From NCBI GenBank assembly GCA_963765495.1, contig CAVXWP010000016.1:64001-128000 (forward strand): a DNA stretch of 64,000 nt. Direction: 5' to 3'. The notes under the pieces are model-generated. The model was not told the origin of the DNA and searched no databases. It saw nothing but the letters and a program-made list of their open reading frames with translations. A program made the translations under genes and the position numbers. This stretch comes from Blastocatellia bacterium (lineage in GTDB: Bacteria; Acidobacteriota; Blastocatellia; UBA7656). Below, piece by piece: positions 42,223 through 51,421 of the stretch. Position 1 is the stretch's first letter. Each line of letters opens with the position of its first letter.

Positions 42223-42906
42223 ATGACGGCACAGCACAACACACCAGCTTTGACCGGCGAACAGTTCATCAGCGAGCTTGTCGAAGAGAATCGCCTGGCG
42301 CTTGAAAGACTTGGTCAGATGAGCGCGGCGGGCGATGTTCCCGAATCTCTCACGATGGAACAACTGCTCCGCTTGGCGCTCAAAAACGAGCTTGAGGCGA
42401 CCGAGATCGCCGCTCTCTGGATAAGTACAACCGCCGAACTAGACGTAAAGCTCGCTTTCGCCCGCCAGGTCGGCGACGAGGCCCGGCACTATCGTTTGAT
42501 CTCGGACCGGCTCCGTCAACTGGGCGTTAACGCGCAGGAGATTGACCCGCTTGAGAGCGGCTATTCGCCGTTGTTTGAATATCTCAAACAGCTTCAAAGT
42601 ACGATTGCCCGCGTAGCCGCGGCCCAGTTCACCCGCGAAGGGATCGCCATAGTGCGAAACGAGCGATTCATCGAGTTTTGCCAGGCGGTCGGCGACCACG
42701 AGACCGCCGCGCTCTACCTGGAGCAAATTCAACCCGACGAGCAGCATCATCACGAGCTTGGGAAGAGACTGCTTACTCGCTATGCGCTGACGGCAGACGA
42801 GCAACAGATGGCGAGGCAGGCTGCGCGCCGCACGCTCGAGCTCGCCGAAGAGATACAGGAAATGGCGCGGCTCAAGAGCGGGATATGCCGCGCGCCCGGT
42901 TGCTGA
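42223..42906 (+). CDS. Ferritin-like (diiron carboxylate) domain protein
   Basis: NELEA, DEARH, REG, DEQHH di-metal ligand pattern; ends CRAPGC. Confidence 0.8.
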   Translation: MTAQHNTPALTGEQFISELVEENRLALERLGQMSAAGDVPESLTMEQLLRLALKNELEATEIAALWISTTAELDVKLAFARQVGDEARHYRLISDRLRQLGVNAQEIDPLESGYSPLFEYLKQLQSTIARVAAAQFTREGIAIVRNERFIEFCQAVGDHETAALYLEQIQPDEQHHHELGKRLLTRYALTADEQQMARQAARRTLELAEEIQEMARLKSGICRAPGC

Positions 42907-43127
42907 GGCGACCGAAACCCGCCTTTTTTCCGTATCGTCCTTTACACCGCCGAGATTTGTATTTACTCACCTGATGAGTCCGGCTAACATAGATCACAAG
43001 GCCGGTTATGACTATTTGCAGGTAACCCGGCTCTGGTGGGGATTGAGATTTAACTGGCGGTTGCTGCGCGCGGTGTATGAGTAGACTAGAGTTGGACTTG
43101 TCGGGAGAGCTTCGAAATACTGAATCA

Positions 43128-43162
43128 CGGCGGGCGGGTTGCCGCTCCGCCGAAGTTTTTTT
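43128..43162 (+). terminator. Terminator-like hairpin upstream of the pentapeptide-repeat gene
   Basis: CGGCGGGCGG-GTTG-CCGCTCCGCCG-AAG-TTTTTTT. Confidence 0.55.
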
Positions 43163-43266
43163 CTGAGCAAACCTTCTCAGCCTGTCGCGCAGATGTTTTT
43201 AGCCTCTGAGATTCAAACGCCTCCTGTTCTGCCCCTGCATGTAAGGACTGTCTCTCGAGACGCATA

Positions 43267-44634
43267 ATGTCGCAATTTTCCAGAGAAGAAATTCTTGCCT
43301 GCGCGGCTCGCGGCGAAAGCCTGCGCGGGATCAATCTTGTGCGCGGAGACATATCGGGGCTGCATCTGGTACAGGCTGATCTGGCCGAAGCCAACATGCG
43401 TATGGCCAATCTGTCGCGCGCCGATCTAAGAGAAGCGCGGCTGACGGGCAGCTTCTTAAGCGGTGCAATGCTTGAGGAGGTCAATCTGGTCGGCGCTAAT
43501 TTGATCGAGGCCAGTCTGATCGGGGTGAACATGTCGCGGGCCGATCTGAGCCGGGCCGATCTGAGCGGCGCGGACCTCACGGGCGCAACTCTCGAAGAGG
43601 CGCAATTGCTTGGCACCTACCTCGTAGGCACCTACATGAACGAAGCCGATCTGGGCGGGGCCAACCTGTCGGGCGCCTACATGAGGATGGCCCAGATGGC
43701 CGGCTGCAATCTGACAAACGCGGTGCTTGAAGGGACGGACCTTTCACAGTCTGATCTGTCCGGCGTTCGTCTGGACGGATGCTGTCTGGTCAGGGCCAAT
43801 CTGACTGACACAAATCTTTCGGGCAGCACGCTGACGGGTTGCGATTTGCGCGGGGCCGATCTGACGGGAGCCGACCTGACCGGCTGCGACCTGACCGGGG
43901 CCAAGTTGCGGGGAGTCAAATTTCCGAGAGCAAAACTTGATGACGCCTGGGCCGACTGGGTGAACATGAGCGCGGGCGGCAACGAAGAGCGCGCGGCGCT
44001 TGAAGATGTTTTCGGCTGCATTATGGGCAAGCCCCTGGCGCAGGTGCTCATCGAAGGCCACGTCAGCGACGAAGTCTGGGTCGTAATTCTGTCTCATCTG
44101 TGCCGCTTTCAAAACACGCACCCTTCGCAGGCGGATGTAAGACTCAAAGCCATCCATCAGGGAATGAATTCCTCGGCGCTTTATCTTGAAGCCAATGAAG
44201 AGAACAGCCTGGCAGCATATCTGGCCGAATTCGCAGACATTATAGGCAAGGGCTATCTGGAATTATTCGAAAAACTCGCGGCGGCGGTCGCCGACCAGCG
44301 CAGCCGCGATAACGGGTCAAAATCTCCTTCAGGAGGTTCCTACAACTCGGGCGGCCTCATCGCCTCCCCTTCTGCCGAGCGCGGAAACGGTTCGTCGCAT
44401 TCGGCTCAGACGGCCTCCGATGGCATCGAGATGTTGCAACGCACCGCTTTCTGGACCAGCGAAAAAGCCTTTCTGATACTGACCGGCAGCCGCCGCGTAT
44501 GGCTCGAAGCAGCATCAAGCGAAACGCTTACGATACGCCCGCCGCACGGCTCAAACCTGGCCGTAGACCTTATACACGGACGTTTCGTTACAGAAGAGAG
44601 CCGACGCCAGCCCTACGCCTCCGCGCAAGGATAG
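43267..44634 (+). CDS. Pentapeptide-repeat protein with unassigned C-terminal domain
   Basis: About 210 aa of A(D/N)L(S/T)x repeats followed by ~220 aa of non-repetitive sequence. Confidence 0.9.
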   Translation: MSQFSREEILACAARGESLRGINLVRGDISGLHLVQADLAEANMRMANLSRADLREARLTGSFLSGAMLEEVNLVGANLIEASLIGVNMSRADLSRADLSGADLTGATLEEAQLLGTYLVGTYMNEADLGGANLSGAYMRMAQMAGCNLTNAVLEGTDLSQSDLSGVRLDGCCLVRANLTDTNLSGSTLTGCDLRGADLTGADLTGCDLTGAKLRGVKFPRAKLDDAWADWVNMSAGGNEERAALEDVFGCIMGKPLAQVLIEGHVSDEVWVVILSHLCRFQNTHPSQADVRLKAIHQGMNSSALYLEANEENSLAAYLAEFADIIGKGYLELFEKLAAAVADQRSRDNGSKSPSGGSYNSGGLIASPSAERGNGSSHSAQTASDGIEMLQRTAFWTSEKAFLILTGSRRVWLEAASSETLTIRPPHGSNLAVDLIHGRFVTEESRRQPYASAQG

Positions 44635-44640
44635 CAACCC

Positions 44641-44682
44641 GATTGAGATTTGAAATTTGAGACCTGAGATTTCTGATCTCAG
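44641..44682. repeat. TTGAGAT-family heptamer array between convergent genes
   Basis: gattgagatttgaaatttgagacctgagatttctgatctcag. Confidence 0.7.
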
Positions 44683-44693
44683 AAAAGGCGGAT

Positions 44694-45563
44694 TTATTTC
44701 TTCAGCAGGCGAGCGAGCAGCTCAAGCGATTGTTTGTCTGTGCCTGCGCGTTCGGCAAGTATTAGGCTGCGCCTTGCAAGCAATTTATAGATTCCGAGCC
44801 AGTCCGAATCCACCGAGGCCACAGCCTTGAGGTTTCGCCTTACGGTTCCCGTGTCCCCCCTGCGGACGGGGCCGGTAAGAGCGCGTGCCGGGCCAACTGC
44901 GCGAAGGTTTGCAAGAGTGCCTTCGGCAAGCGGCAAGAGCACCCGCCGGGCTTCCTGCTCGCTCAGCCCGCAGCTACCGAGCATATCCTGGCTGACGCTA
45001 AAGAGCGAAACCATACCGCCCGACGCCAGAACCGCCGCCGCGTGATAGAGACTCTTCATCTCTGTAGCTATTTCAAAGGGACGCGCTCCCATCCTCCGCG
45101 CAAGTCTTCGGGCTGCCTTTACGGCCCGCGCCTCACCCTCTATGCAGAAATACGACCCGCGAATAAGTTGAAGCGCACGCGCAGGGTCCTGAAAAGATTG
45201 AAGCGGATGACACGACCCCCGGCTCATACAAAAGCGGGCAAGCGGGCGAAGCACATCGCTTGAGAGCGCGCCGCTTGTGTGCAGCACAACTGCCCGTCCA
45301 ATTGCGCGGGCAGAATCTTCGATCATCTCAACCGCCTCGTTAATACTGTCATCGGGCGTCGAGATTAGAATCAGGTCTGCCGCCGTCAGGTGCGAAAGTG
45401 ACGCCTGACGAGCACTTCCCGAGCCGATAAAGCGAACTGCCTTTCGCGCGCTTTTCACAGACCGGCAGACTATATCGCCTATATCGTAGCCGGATTCCTT
45501 AGCCAGTCGTCCGAGCGTTTGCCCTACGCGGCCTGCGCCTATGATCGAAATTCTCAATCGCAC
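44694..45563 (-). CDS. Rossmann-like/DUF2520 oxidoreductase
   Basis: IIGAGRVG, TPDD, HTSGA, HPLQSF, YHAAA, LTGPVRRGD. Confidence 0.9.
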   Translation of the reverse strand: MRLRISIIGAGRVGQTLGRLAKESGYDIGDIVCRSVKSARKAVRFIGSGSARQASLSHLTAADLILISTPDDSINEAVEMIEDSARAIGRAVVLHTSGALSSDVLRPLARFCMSRGSCHPLQSFQDPARALQLIRGSYFCIEGEARAVKAARRLARRMGARPFEIATEMKSLYHAAAVLASGGMVSLFSVSQDMLGSCGLSEQEARRVLLPLAEGTLANLRAVGPARALTGPVRRGDTGTVRRNLKAVASVDSDWLGIYKLLARRSLILAERAGTDKQSLELLARLLKK

Positions 45564-45802
45564 GACTCCTTCGCCGGGTTCTTTACGCGGCTCTCATACT
45601 AATCATTTGCTCTTTGCAGCGCAAATTAACGCATTATAATTTACTTCTAATCACCTTCTAATCTTCAGAGAGTATAATCTGATGGGATTGTAAACACTCT
45701 GGAGCACGGCTTTCCGTCCGGGAAGCGGCTATTGATTAACTTTAGAGCGACCCTAACCCGTGAGGGTGCTCGACACGTCTTATCAGATAGGAGTTCACCG
45801 AA

Positions 45803-46855
45803 ATGAGGAAAAGCTTATTCAAGCGCACAGCAATCTTTATGCTTGTGGTGATGCTCGGCGCGCCTGCGACGATGCTGGCACAAAATACTTCCGCGCCCAA
45901 AGGCAAGCTTGACGACGACGAGAACCCGGAAATGATCGGCAAGCGAAACATCAACAAACGCCAGATCAATTTCTACTCGCTCGAAAAAGAGGTCGCGCTC
46001 GGACGCAGGCTTGCAGCAGACGTTGATCGGCAGGCCAAGTTTATTGATGATCCGGTCATCACGGAATACGTCAATCGCGTAGGCCAGAACATCGTTCTCC
46101 ATTCGGATGCGAAAGTGCCTTTCACGATAAAGGTTCTCGACTCGGATGACGTGAACGCATTCGCTCTGCCCGGCGGCTTCTTCTATGTCAACAAAGGGCT
46201 CTTACTTGCGGCGGACAATGAAGCCGAGATCGCAGGCGTCATGGCTCACGAGATAGGCCACGTAGCTGCCCGCCACGGAGTAGAGCAGGCCTCGAAGGCG
46301 CAGATAGCAAACTTCGCAATGATACCTTTGATCTTCGCAACCGGAGGTCTGGGGGCGCTTGCCTATAACGGTGTTCAGATACTCGTGCCTCTCGCATTCC
46401 TCAAATTCACACGCGGCGCGGAATCGGAAGCCGACAGGCTCGGCGCACAGTATGCCTGGGCAGCCGGATATGATCCGCAAAGCCTTATCAGCTTCTTTGA
46501 GAAACTCGAAAAGAAAGACAAGGATAAGCCGGGGACATTATCGAAACTCTTCCGCACTCATCCGCCTACGCCTGAACGTATACAGGCCGTGCACGAGTTG
46601 ATCGCGAAATTCCCGGAGCGCGACGAATACACCATAAACACGTCGGAGTTTAATAAAGTCAAGGCGCGATTGCTGGCCATTACAAACTCGAAGGTGCTTG
46701 ACCCGGCAGCGCGCGATTCGGGACCGAAGCGGCCTACACTCAAGCGCCGCAAGGAAGGCGATGACCCGGATCAACCCGAAGAGAAACAGCCTGCGGAAAA
46801 GCCTACGCTCAAGCGACGCGACAGCGACGGCAAACCGCCCTCTCAACAAAATTAG
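45803..46855 (+). CDS. Secreted M48 family zinc metallopeptidase
   Basis: NAFALPGG, HEIGH, ESEAD, THP. Confidence 0.93.
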   Translation: MRKSLFKRTAIFMLVVMLGAPATMLAQNTSAPKGKLDDDENPEMIGKRNINKRQINFYSLEKEVALGRRLAADVDRQAKFIDDPVITEYVNRVGQNIVLHSDAKVPFTIKVLDSDDVNAFALPGGFFYVNKGLLLAADNEAEIAGVMAHEIGHVAARHGVEQASKAQIANFAMIPLIFATGGLGALAYNGVQILVPLAFLKFTRGAESEADRLGAQYAWAAGYDPQSLISFFEKLEKKDKDKPGTLSKLFRTHPPTPERIQAVHELIAKFPERDEYTINTSEFNKVKARLLAITNSKVLDPAARDSGPKRPTLKRRKEGDDPDQPEEKQPAEKPTLKRRDSDGKPPSQQN

Positions 46856-47001
46856 TTTTGAGTTTTAAGTTTTGAGTTTTGAGTAAAAGAGCCGGAGGCG
46901 GGAACCAACCATTCAAACCCGCCTCCGGTTTTCTGCGTCTGGCCGGTCTACTTCTGACTATCTGCTTGAAATTCAAAACTCAAAACTCAAAACTTAAAAC
47001 T
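46854..47001. repeat. Inverted TTTTGAG arrays enclosing a GC hairpin terminator between convergent genes
   Basis: agttttgagttttaagttttgagttttgag - gccggaggcggg/cccgcctccggt - aattcaaaactcaaaactcaaaacttaaaact; each arm overlaps a TAG stop. Confidence 0.9.
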
Positions 47002-47479
47002 ATGAAGCTATCTGCCTGATAGCTTCATAGAGGACGATGCCGACCGAGGTGGCGAGGTTGAGCGAGCGAATGCGCGAATTTGGCATAGGAATGGTCAACG
47101 CGCGTTCCCAGTTAGCCCGCAACAATTCTTCGGGCAGCCCGCGCGTCTCGCGCCCAAAGATCAGACAATCCCCGGGCTCGTACTCGAAATCGGTGTAAAC
47201 GCGTTCGGCTTTTGTCGTGAAATAGAGGAAGCGGCTTTGCGGAATCGCTTCATAGAGCGCCTCGATCTTCAGGTGATAATGAATCTCTATATCTTTCCAG
47301 TAATCGAGGCCCGCTCGCCTCAGCGCCTTATCATCGGTGCGAAATCCGAGTCTGCCTACAAGATGCAAAGGGGTGAAAGTGGCCCCACATAACCGCGCTA
47401 TGTTGCCCGTATTGGGCGGGATTTCAGGCTCGACCAGGGCGACGTGCAACCCGGCCCGGATGTAATCCGAATCCTTCAC
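47000..47479 (-). CDS. trmL: tRNA (cytidine/uridine-2'-O)-methyltransferase TrmL
   Basis: EPEIPPNTGNIARLC, RRAGLDYW, FGRETRGLP, RSLNLA. Likely GTG start at 47479. Confidence 0.95.
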   Translation of the reverse strand: MKDSDYIRAGLHVALVEPEIPPNTGNIARLCGATFTPLHLVGRLGFRTDDKALRRAGLDYWKDIEIHYHLKIEALYEAIPQSRFLYFTTKAERVYTDFEYEPGDCLIFGRETRGLPEELLRANWERALTIPMPNSRIRSLNLATSVGIVLYEAIRQIAS

Positions 47480-47480
47480 A

Positions 47481-47957
47481 TCAGGCTCTCTTTTTTGAAT
47501 CATCAGTAAATAATTGCTTGAGCGCCGCACGAAGAATCTTCTTGTGATCGAAGGCAAGTTTGGGCGGGCGCTCGGACGAGTGCCACGCTACTTCATCGGC
47601 ATCATCAGCCGCTTCGGCCTTCATATCGCGTCTGATCACGGAAGCAAACACGATGCTTACGGTGTGTCCGCGAGGGTCGCGCCCGGGGTCGCCGAAAGCG
47701 CCGATCTGTTTGAGGCGAATCCCTTTGAGCCCGGTCTCTTCCGTCAACTCGCGAGCGGCGGCATCCTCGAGCGATTCATCCTTATCTACGAACCCGCCCG
47801 GGAAAGCCCACATCCCCTTAAACGGCTCGCGCGCCCGCTTAATCAGCAGCACCTCTTTGCGCCCCTCCCTCTCGCGTAAAAGCACCATATCGACCGTTAC
47901 GGACGGGCGAGGATGATCATAGCAGTATTGCTTTTTATCTCTCTTTTTATCCGTCAT
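47481..47957 (-). CDS. NUDIX hydrolase (NrtR/ADP-ribose pyrophosphatase-like)
   Basis: Nudix box GGFVDKDESLEDAAARELTEETG, RDPRG, LAFDH. Confidence 0.92.
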   Translation of the reverse strand: MTDKKRDKKQYCYDHPRPSVTVDMVLLREREGRKEVLLIKRAREPFKGMWAFPGGFVDKDESLEDAAARELTEETGLKGIRLKQIGAFGDPGRDPRGHTVSIVFASVIRRDMKAEAADDADEVAWHSSERPPKLAFDHKKILRAALKQLFTDDSKKRA

Positions 47958-47958
47958 C

Positions 47959-48507
47959 TTATAGCCTGCTGGCTTCCAGTTCGCGCTCGAATGCCTTGTA
48001 ATCGCCCGCGCCGAATAAAACAAAGACAACTCGATTGAGACTCGACTGCGGGTGGGAATCGGCGTAACTTCTCGCGGCTCCCATCATAACCTGCGCGCAC
48101 TCATCTACGGGGAAGCCACCTACGCCTGTCGCAAGCGCGGGAAAAGCTATAGAGCCGCAGCCGAGTCTATCGGCAATCTTTAAGCTGTTTGTGGTGGCCA
48201 GGCGAATGATTTCTGCGCTCGACTGCGAGCCTTCGCGTTTCGGCACGTCGCGATCTTCATCGCGATAGCCCATAGCGGCGGCGTGAATGACGTAGCTGTT
48301 CGGCAGGTTGCCCGCGATTGTTTCGACGGCTTCGCCCAATCTTATGGGCCCTTTTGCGACCGCTTCGCGTTCAATCTCGGGCCCGCCACGCGCGCTGATT
48401 GCGCCTGCCACGCCCGAGCCGAGCCATAGCTCGGTGTTCGCAGCATTGACTATGGCGTCGATGTCGGGTTGATTGGTGATGTCGCCCTGTCGAATCTCGA
48501 TTTTCAT
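47959..48507 (-). CDS. Macro domain protein (ADP-ribose binding/O-acetyl-ADP-ribose deacetylase)
   Basis: GDIT, AIVNAAN, GSGVAGAI, VIHA, FPALATGVGG. Confidence 0.92.
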   Translation of the reverse strand: MKIEIRQGDITNQPDIDAIVNAANTELWLGSGVAGAISARGGPEIEREAVAKGPIRLGEAVETIAGNLPNSYVIHAAAMGYRDEDRDVPKREGSQSSAEIIRLATTNSLKIADRLGCGSIAFPALATGVGGFPVDECAQVMMGAARSYADSHPQSSLNRVVFVLFGAGDYKAFERELEASRL

Positions 48508-48676
48508 AAGCGATATTATAACCGAAATCGGGGCGGCGATTCTGGTTAATCTCTTCGGTCATTTTATTTCCCTTCTATCGGATTCAAATCGATGTTGCTG
48601 CCTATGCATGGGCGTACGGGCACACATTCTGCCCGTCACCTCTCCAATTAGCATAATGATCTGGCGGTGAATGGCG

Positions 48677-48745
48677 TCACCGTCCTGGAGCGCGCTGCTT
48701 GACTTCCTGGATCAGCCAGCCCGGGATCGAGGCCGGGGCCTGTCT
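48677..48745 (-). pseudogene. Remnant of a VOC/glyoxalase paralog C-terminus
   Basis: Minus strand encodes ...GPGLDP, then in another frame GWLIQEVKQRAPGR*, matching APGRDP...WLLQEIKERLPGR of the 49701..50378 protein with the middle deleted. Confidence 0.6.
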
Positions 48746-48820
48746 TTGCGGTCCGAAGATGATGATCGCTTCCAATTTGAGATTTATTGGTCTGCCTCAC
48801 TGAGTGTGATAGCTTTGCTC

Positions 48821-49417
48821 CTAATCCTGTTCGCTGAGAGTTTGGGCAAACGTTTTGCCGTACGGATAGAAGAGTTCCTTGCGGCCTTGCTCCCACGCCG
48901 CTTTGAGTTCCGGCGTTGTGATGTCCCAATCCGGGCGGCATTTTCTGATAACTGCGCGCAGGTCCTGGCGGAGTTCTTCCAGCGTGGGCCGCCCGAAGAA
49001 CCAGTAGCCGTTGTAGATCTTATAAATGACAAGGCCGGGCTCGAGGACAATCGTGTGGGGGATCATGGGATTGTGTACGGGATCAGTATATTCGGCGATG
49101 TCGAGATCTTTTTGGACGGTTCGCCCCGCGTCGGAGAGGAAAGGCCAGTGAGCACCAACGCCGCTGCGATATTCATTTGTCTCAGTGATGTTGTCGGTGC
49201 TAATCGTGACCAGTCGGCAATAGCCAACCTCAAGCTCACGATGGAGTTGAACAAGCCCTTCAGCCTGGCGGCGGTCCTTGGGGCAGAACCCCCCGCGTCC
49301 CAGGACGAGAATCATTGGATCCTGCCCTTGCAGTTCGGAGAGCTTCCGGCGTTTCGCGGTGTGGTCGGGAAGCTCGTAATCGGGGAATATGGCTCCTGAA
49401 ACAATGTCAGATCGCAT
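48821..49417 (-). CDS. Redoxin/AhpC-TSA (peroxiredoxin-like) domain protein
   Basis: FPDYELPD, RGGFCPKD, FLSDAGR; ATG 49417 after AAAGGTGG. Confidence 0.85.
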   Translation of the reverse strand: MRSDIVSGAIFPDYELPDHTAKRRKLSELQGQDPMILVLGRGGFCPKDRRQAEGLVQLHRELEVGYCRLVTISTDNITETNEYRSGVGAHWPFLSDAGRTVQKDLDIAEYTDPVHNPMIPHTIVLEPGLVIYKIYNGYWFFGRPTLEELRQDLRAVIRKCRPDWDITTPELKAAWEQGRKELFYPYGKTFAQTLSEQD

Positions 49418-49700
49418 ATGAAAACCACCTTTCTTGTTAACACTGACAACCCTCAACGTGAAGAACTGACAAAGCCTCGGACCAATGCGGCGATCTCATC
49501 TGCCGGCGTATCCTAAAAGTACTTCTTGCTACTGGAGCGACGACCGAGCATTGCTCGCCGCGCCGTTACTTCCCCTAGAAAATGATTTCCATCTCGACCG
49601 GGGCGTCGAGAAGAAGACTTGTGAGGGTAGAAGGCGGCGCGCGGCTCTACGTTGCGCGCCAGAGGTCCCGTACTCGGAGAGTGCGGCCATTCGAACGGCG

Positions 49701-50378
49701 TCATCGGGGAAGAACATGAAGGACCTCTCCCATGTAGCGGTCGGCGGCGGCGGCTGACTCCTCCGGACTGCCGCCGTTCTGACGCGCGCTCAGGTAGGGC
49801 GCGTACCAGTCCCACCAGTGATGCTCGGCGTGCGTCTTCTCGAAATGGCCGTGGCGCTCTTCTGTCTCGTGGAGGAGATCTGCAAGGGTTGCGACATCCG
49901 GGGCTTGTGCTTGCGTCAACTTCCACTCGCGACCGGGAAGCCGCTCCTTGATCTCTTGAAGCAGCCAATCGTTGCCATCGGGATCGCTGAACGAAGCATA
50001 CGAGGCGTAGGAACGGCCCTGGGGATCTCGACCCGGCGCGCGCGCCTCGGTGCCTGCGTAAAAGCCGCCGCCGAGGCCACCGCCGGCGTCGTGGAACACC
50101 TCGCTTACCTCGACGCCGTGCGAGAGGAGCTCACCGCGGACCGCGTCGATGTCGTACACCGCAAGGACCAGGCGGTCGATCGAGCCCGGCTGGGCGGAAG
50201 TGACTCCCTTGCCGAAGATGATCGACGCCTCCGAACCAGAAGGCGTGAACTGTATTATCCGGTAGTCCTCGTTGGCGGCATAGTCGATATCCAAGCGAAA
50301 TCCCAGTTTCTCGTAGAATGCTTTGGCGCGATCGACGTCGGAAACGGGTACGATTAAGACTTCTAGTTTCATGTCCAT
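49701..50378 (-). CDS. VOC/glyoxalase (bleomycin-resistance-like) protein
   Basis: VPVSDVDRAKAFY, FSDPDGNDWLLQE; RBS AAGGAG. Confidence 0.9.
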   Translation of the reverse strand: MDMKLEVLIVPVSDVDRAKAFYEKLGFRLDIDYAANEDYRIIQFTPSGSEASIIFGKGVTSAQPGSIDRLVLAVYDIDAVRGELLSHGVEVSEVFHDAGGGLGGGFYAGTEARAPGRDPQGRSYASYASFSDPDGNDWLLQEIKERLPGREWKLTQAQAPDVATLADLLHETEERHGHFEKTHAEHHWWDWYAPYLSARQNGGSPEESAAAADRYMGEVLHVLPR

Positions 50379-50824
50379 GATTGATGCTCCTTTTCTTTAT
50401 TCTCGGTCCTGAACTTCGATACTGGCTATACTAAAGAGCTGACGGCTGTGGCGTTACGCCGGCTTATTCCCTGCCCATGGTTGCCGCCTTTCGTTGGCCT
50501 TTCGACGCTCACACTATGCCGGAACGGAGCAAGAAATACATCACGAGATTGAGTGTTTTTATGCTACCACCTTTGACAGCCTGCGAGATACCACTATCGT
50601 AGTAGGAGAGAATGACACAACGCTGCCGCCGAGCCGCAACAGAGGTGAAGGTGCGGCACGACAGGCAAACGTGGCTCAAGGTGGCACGGGAGGGTTTTGC
50701 CAGGGGGCAGCACAAGTTTGCCTTTTGGGGTGAATCAAGTATATCAAAGCCAAAACTATCTAAAGCTTTCCGGCAAATTCTGAGGTAAAACGAGGGAAAC
50801 AGAACGCGAGCAGGGCCAAGAGTT

Positions 50825-51046
50825 CAGGGCCATTCAGTTCTTGAGTTGAGGGCAATAGGCGGAAAAAATATTAAAAGTTGAGTTGACGCAAAGGCGAGTT
50901 GAAATAGGCCGCGGATAACGCGGATCGAGCGGATCTACGCGGATTAGCTCATATATGTTCAGATCCGCGAAAATCCGTCGCATCCGCGTACGTCCCGGCC
51001 TATTTCCCTTATCCCTTTCTACATGTTGGAAAACTGAATGACCCTG
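50825..51046. mobile_element. 222-bp non-autonomous MITE with CAGGG termini (ISAs1-like) and 9-bp target-site duplication
   Basis: TIRs CAGGGCCATTCAGTT / AACTGAATGACCCTG (14/15); CCAAGAGTT at 50816..50824 and 51047..51055. Confidence 0.85.
50901..51006. mobile_element. 106-bp palindromic element, copy 2, nested in the MITE
   Basis: GAAATAGGCCGCGGAT...GGCCTATTTC. Confidence 0.8.
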
Positions 51047-51149
51047 CCAAGAGTTAACGAAAAATTAAAACGGAGGTAATACCCGTCTAATCTGTCTGAG
51101 TTATGATGATAATCGCAGGAAACCAGAGCAAGGGGAAGGGATTGGAGCG

Positions 51150-51383
51150 GTGTCAAAGATTTTGAAAAAGATTAAGGCAAGGCTTGAGCGAGAGGCCAGA
51201 GAACATGTCGAAAGTATCAGGCAAGCAGTTGGACAGTATAAGACGGCCGTTGAAGGTGACGGACCGAAGGATGCCTCGTTTCAGCAGGCTAACCAACAAG
51301 AGATCGAGCACGCCGTAGCCAATTTCCTGCGATTGCATAAGACGCTCAAACGGCTCCGCAAGAAAATGCGAGCCGACAAGTAA
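51150..51383 (+). CDS. Small hypothetical helical protein
   Basis: RBS GGAG before GTG; 77 aa; no recognised family. Confidence 0.6.
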   Translation: MSKILKKIKARLEREAREHVESIRQAVGQYKTAVEGDGPKDASFQQANQQEIEHAVANFLRLHKTLKRLRKKMRADK

Positions 51384-51421
51384 ACGACATAAGTTCTAAT
51401 ACCGATAGTGCGAGGTAAACG

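Noticed and set aside
42898-42987. Possible second selenoprotein: the ferritin-like gene reads GC-TGA-G (like a GCUG motif)
   Set aside because: The TGA is followed at once by an AGGCG/CGCCT hairpin plus T6, which resembles a terminator rather than a properly spaced SECIS, and the read-through peptide is unconvincing. A homolog alignment would settle it.
42910-43010. Hammerhead-like CTGATGA and CGAAA motifs
   Set aside because: The required stems II and III cannot be formed around them.
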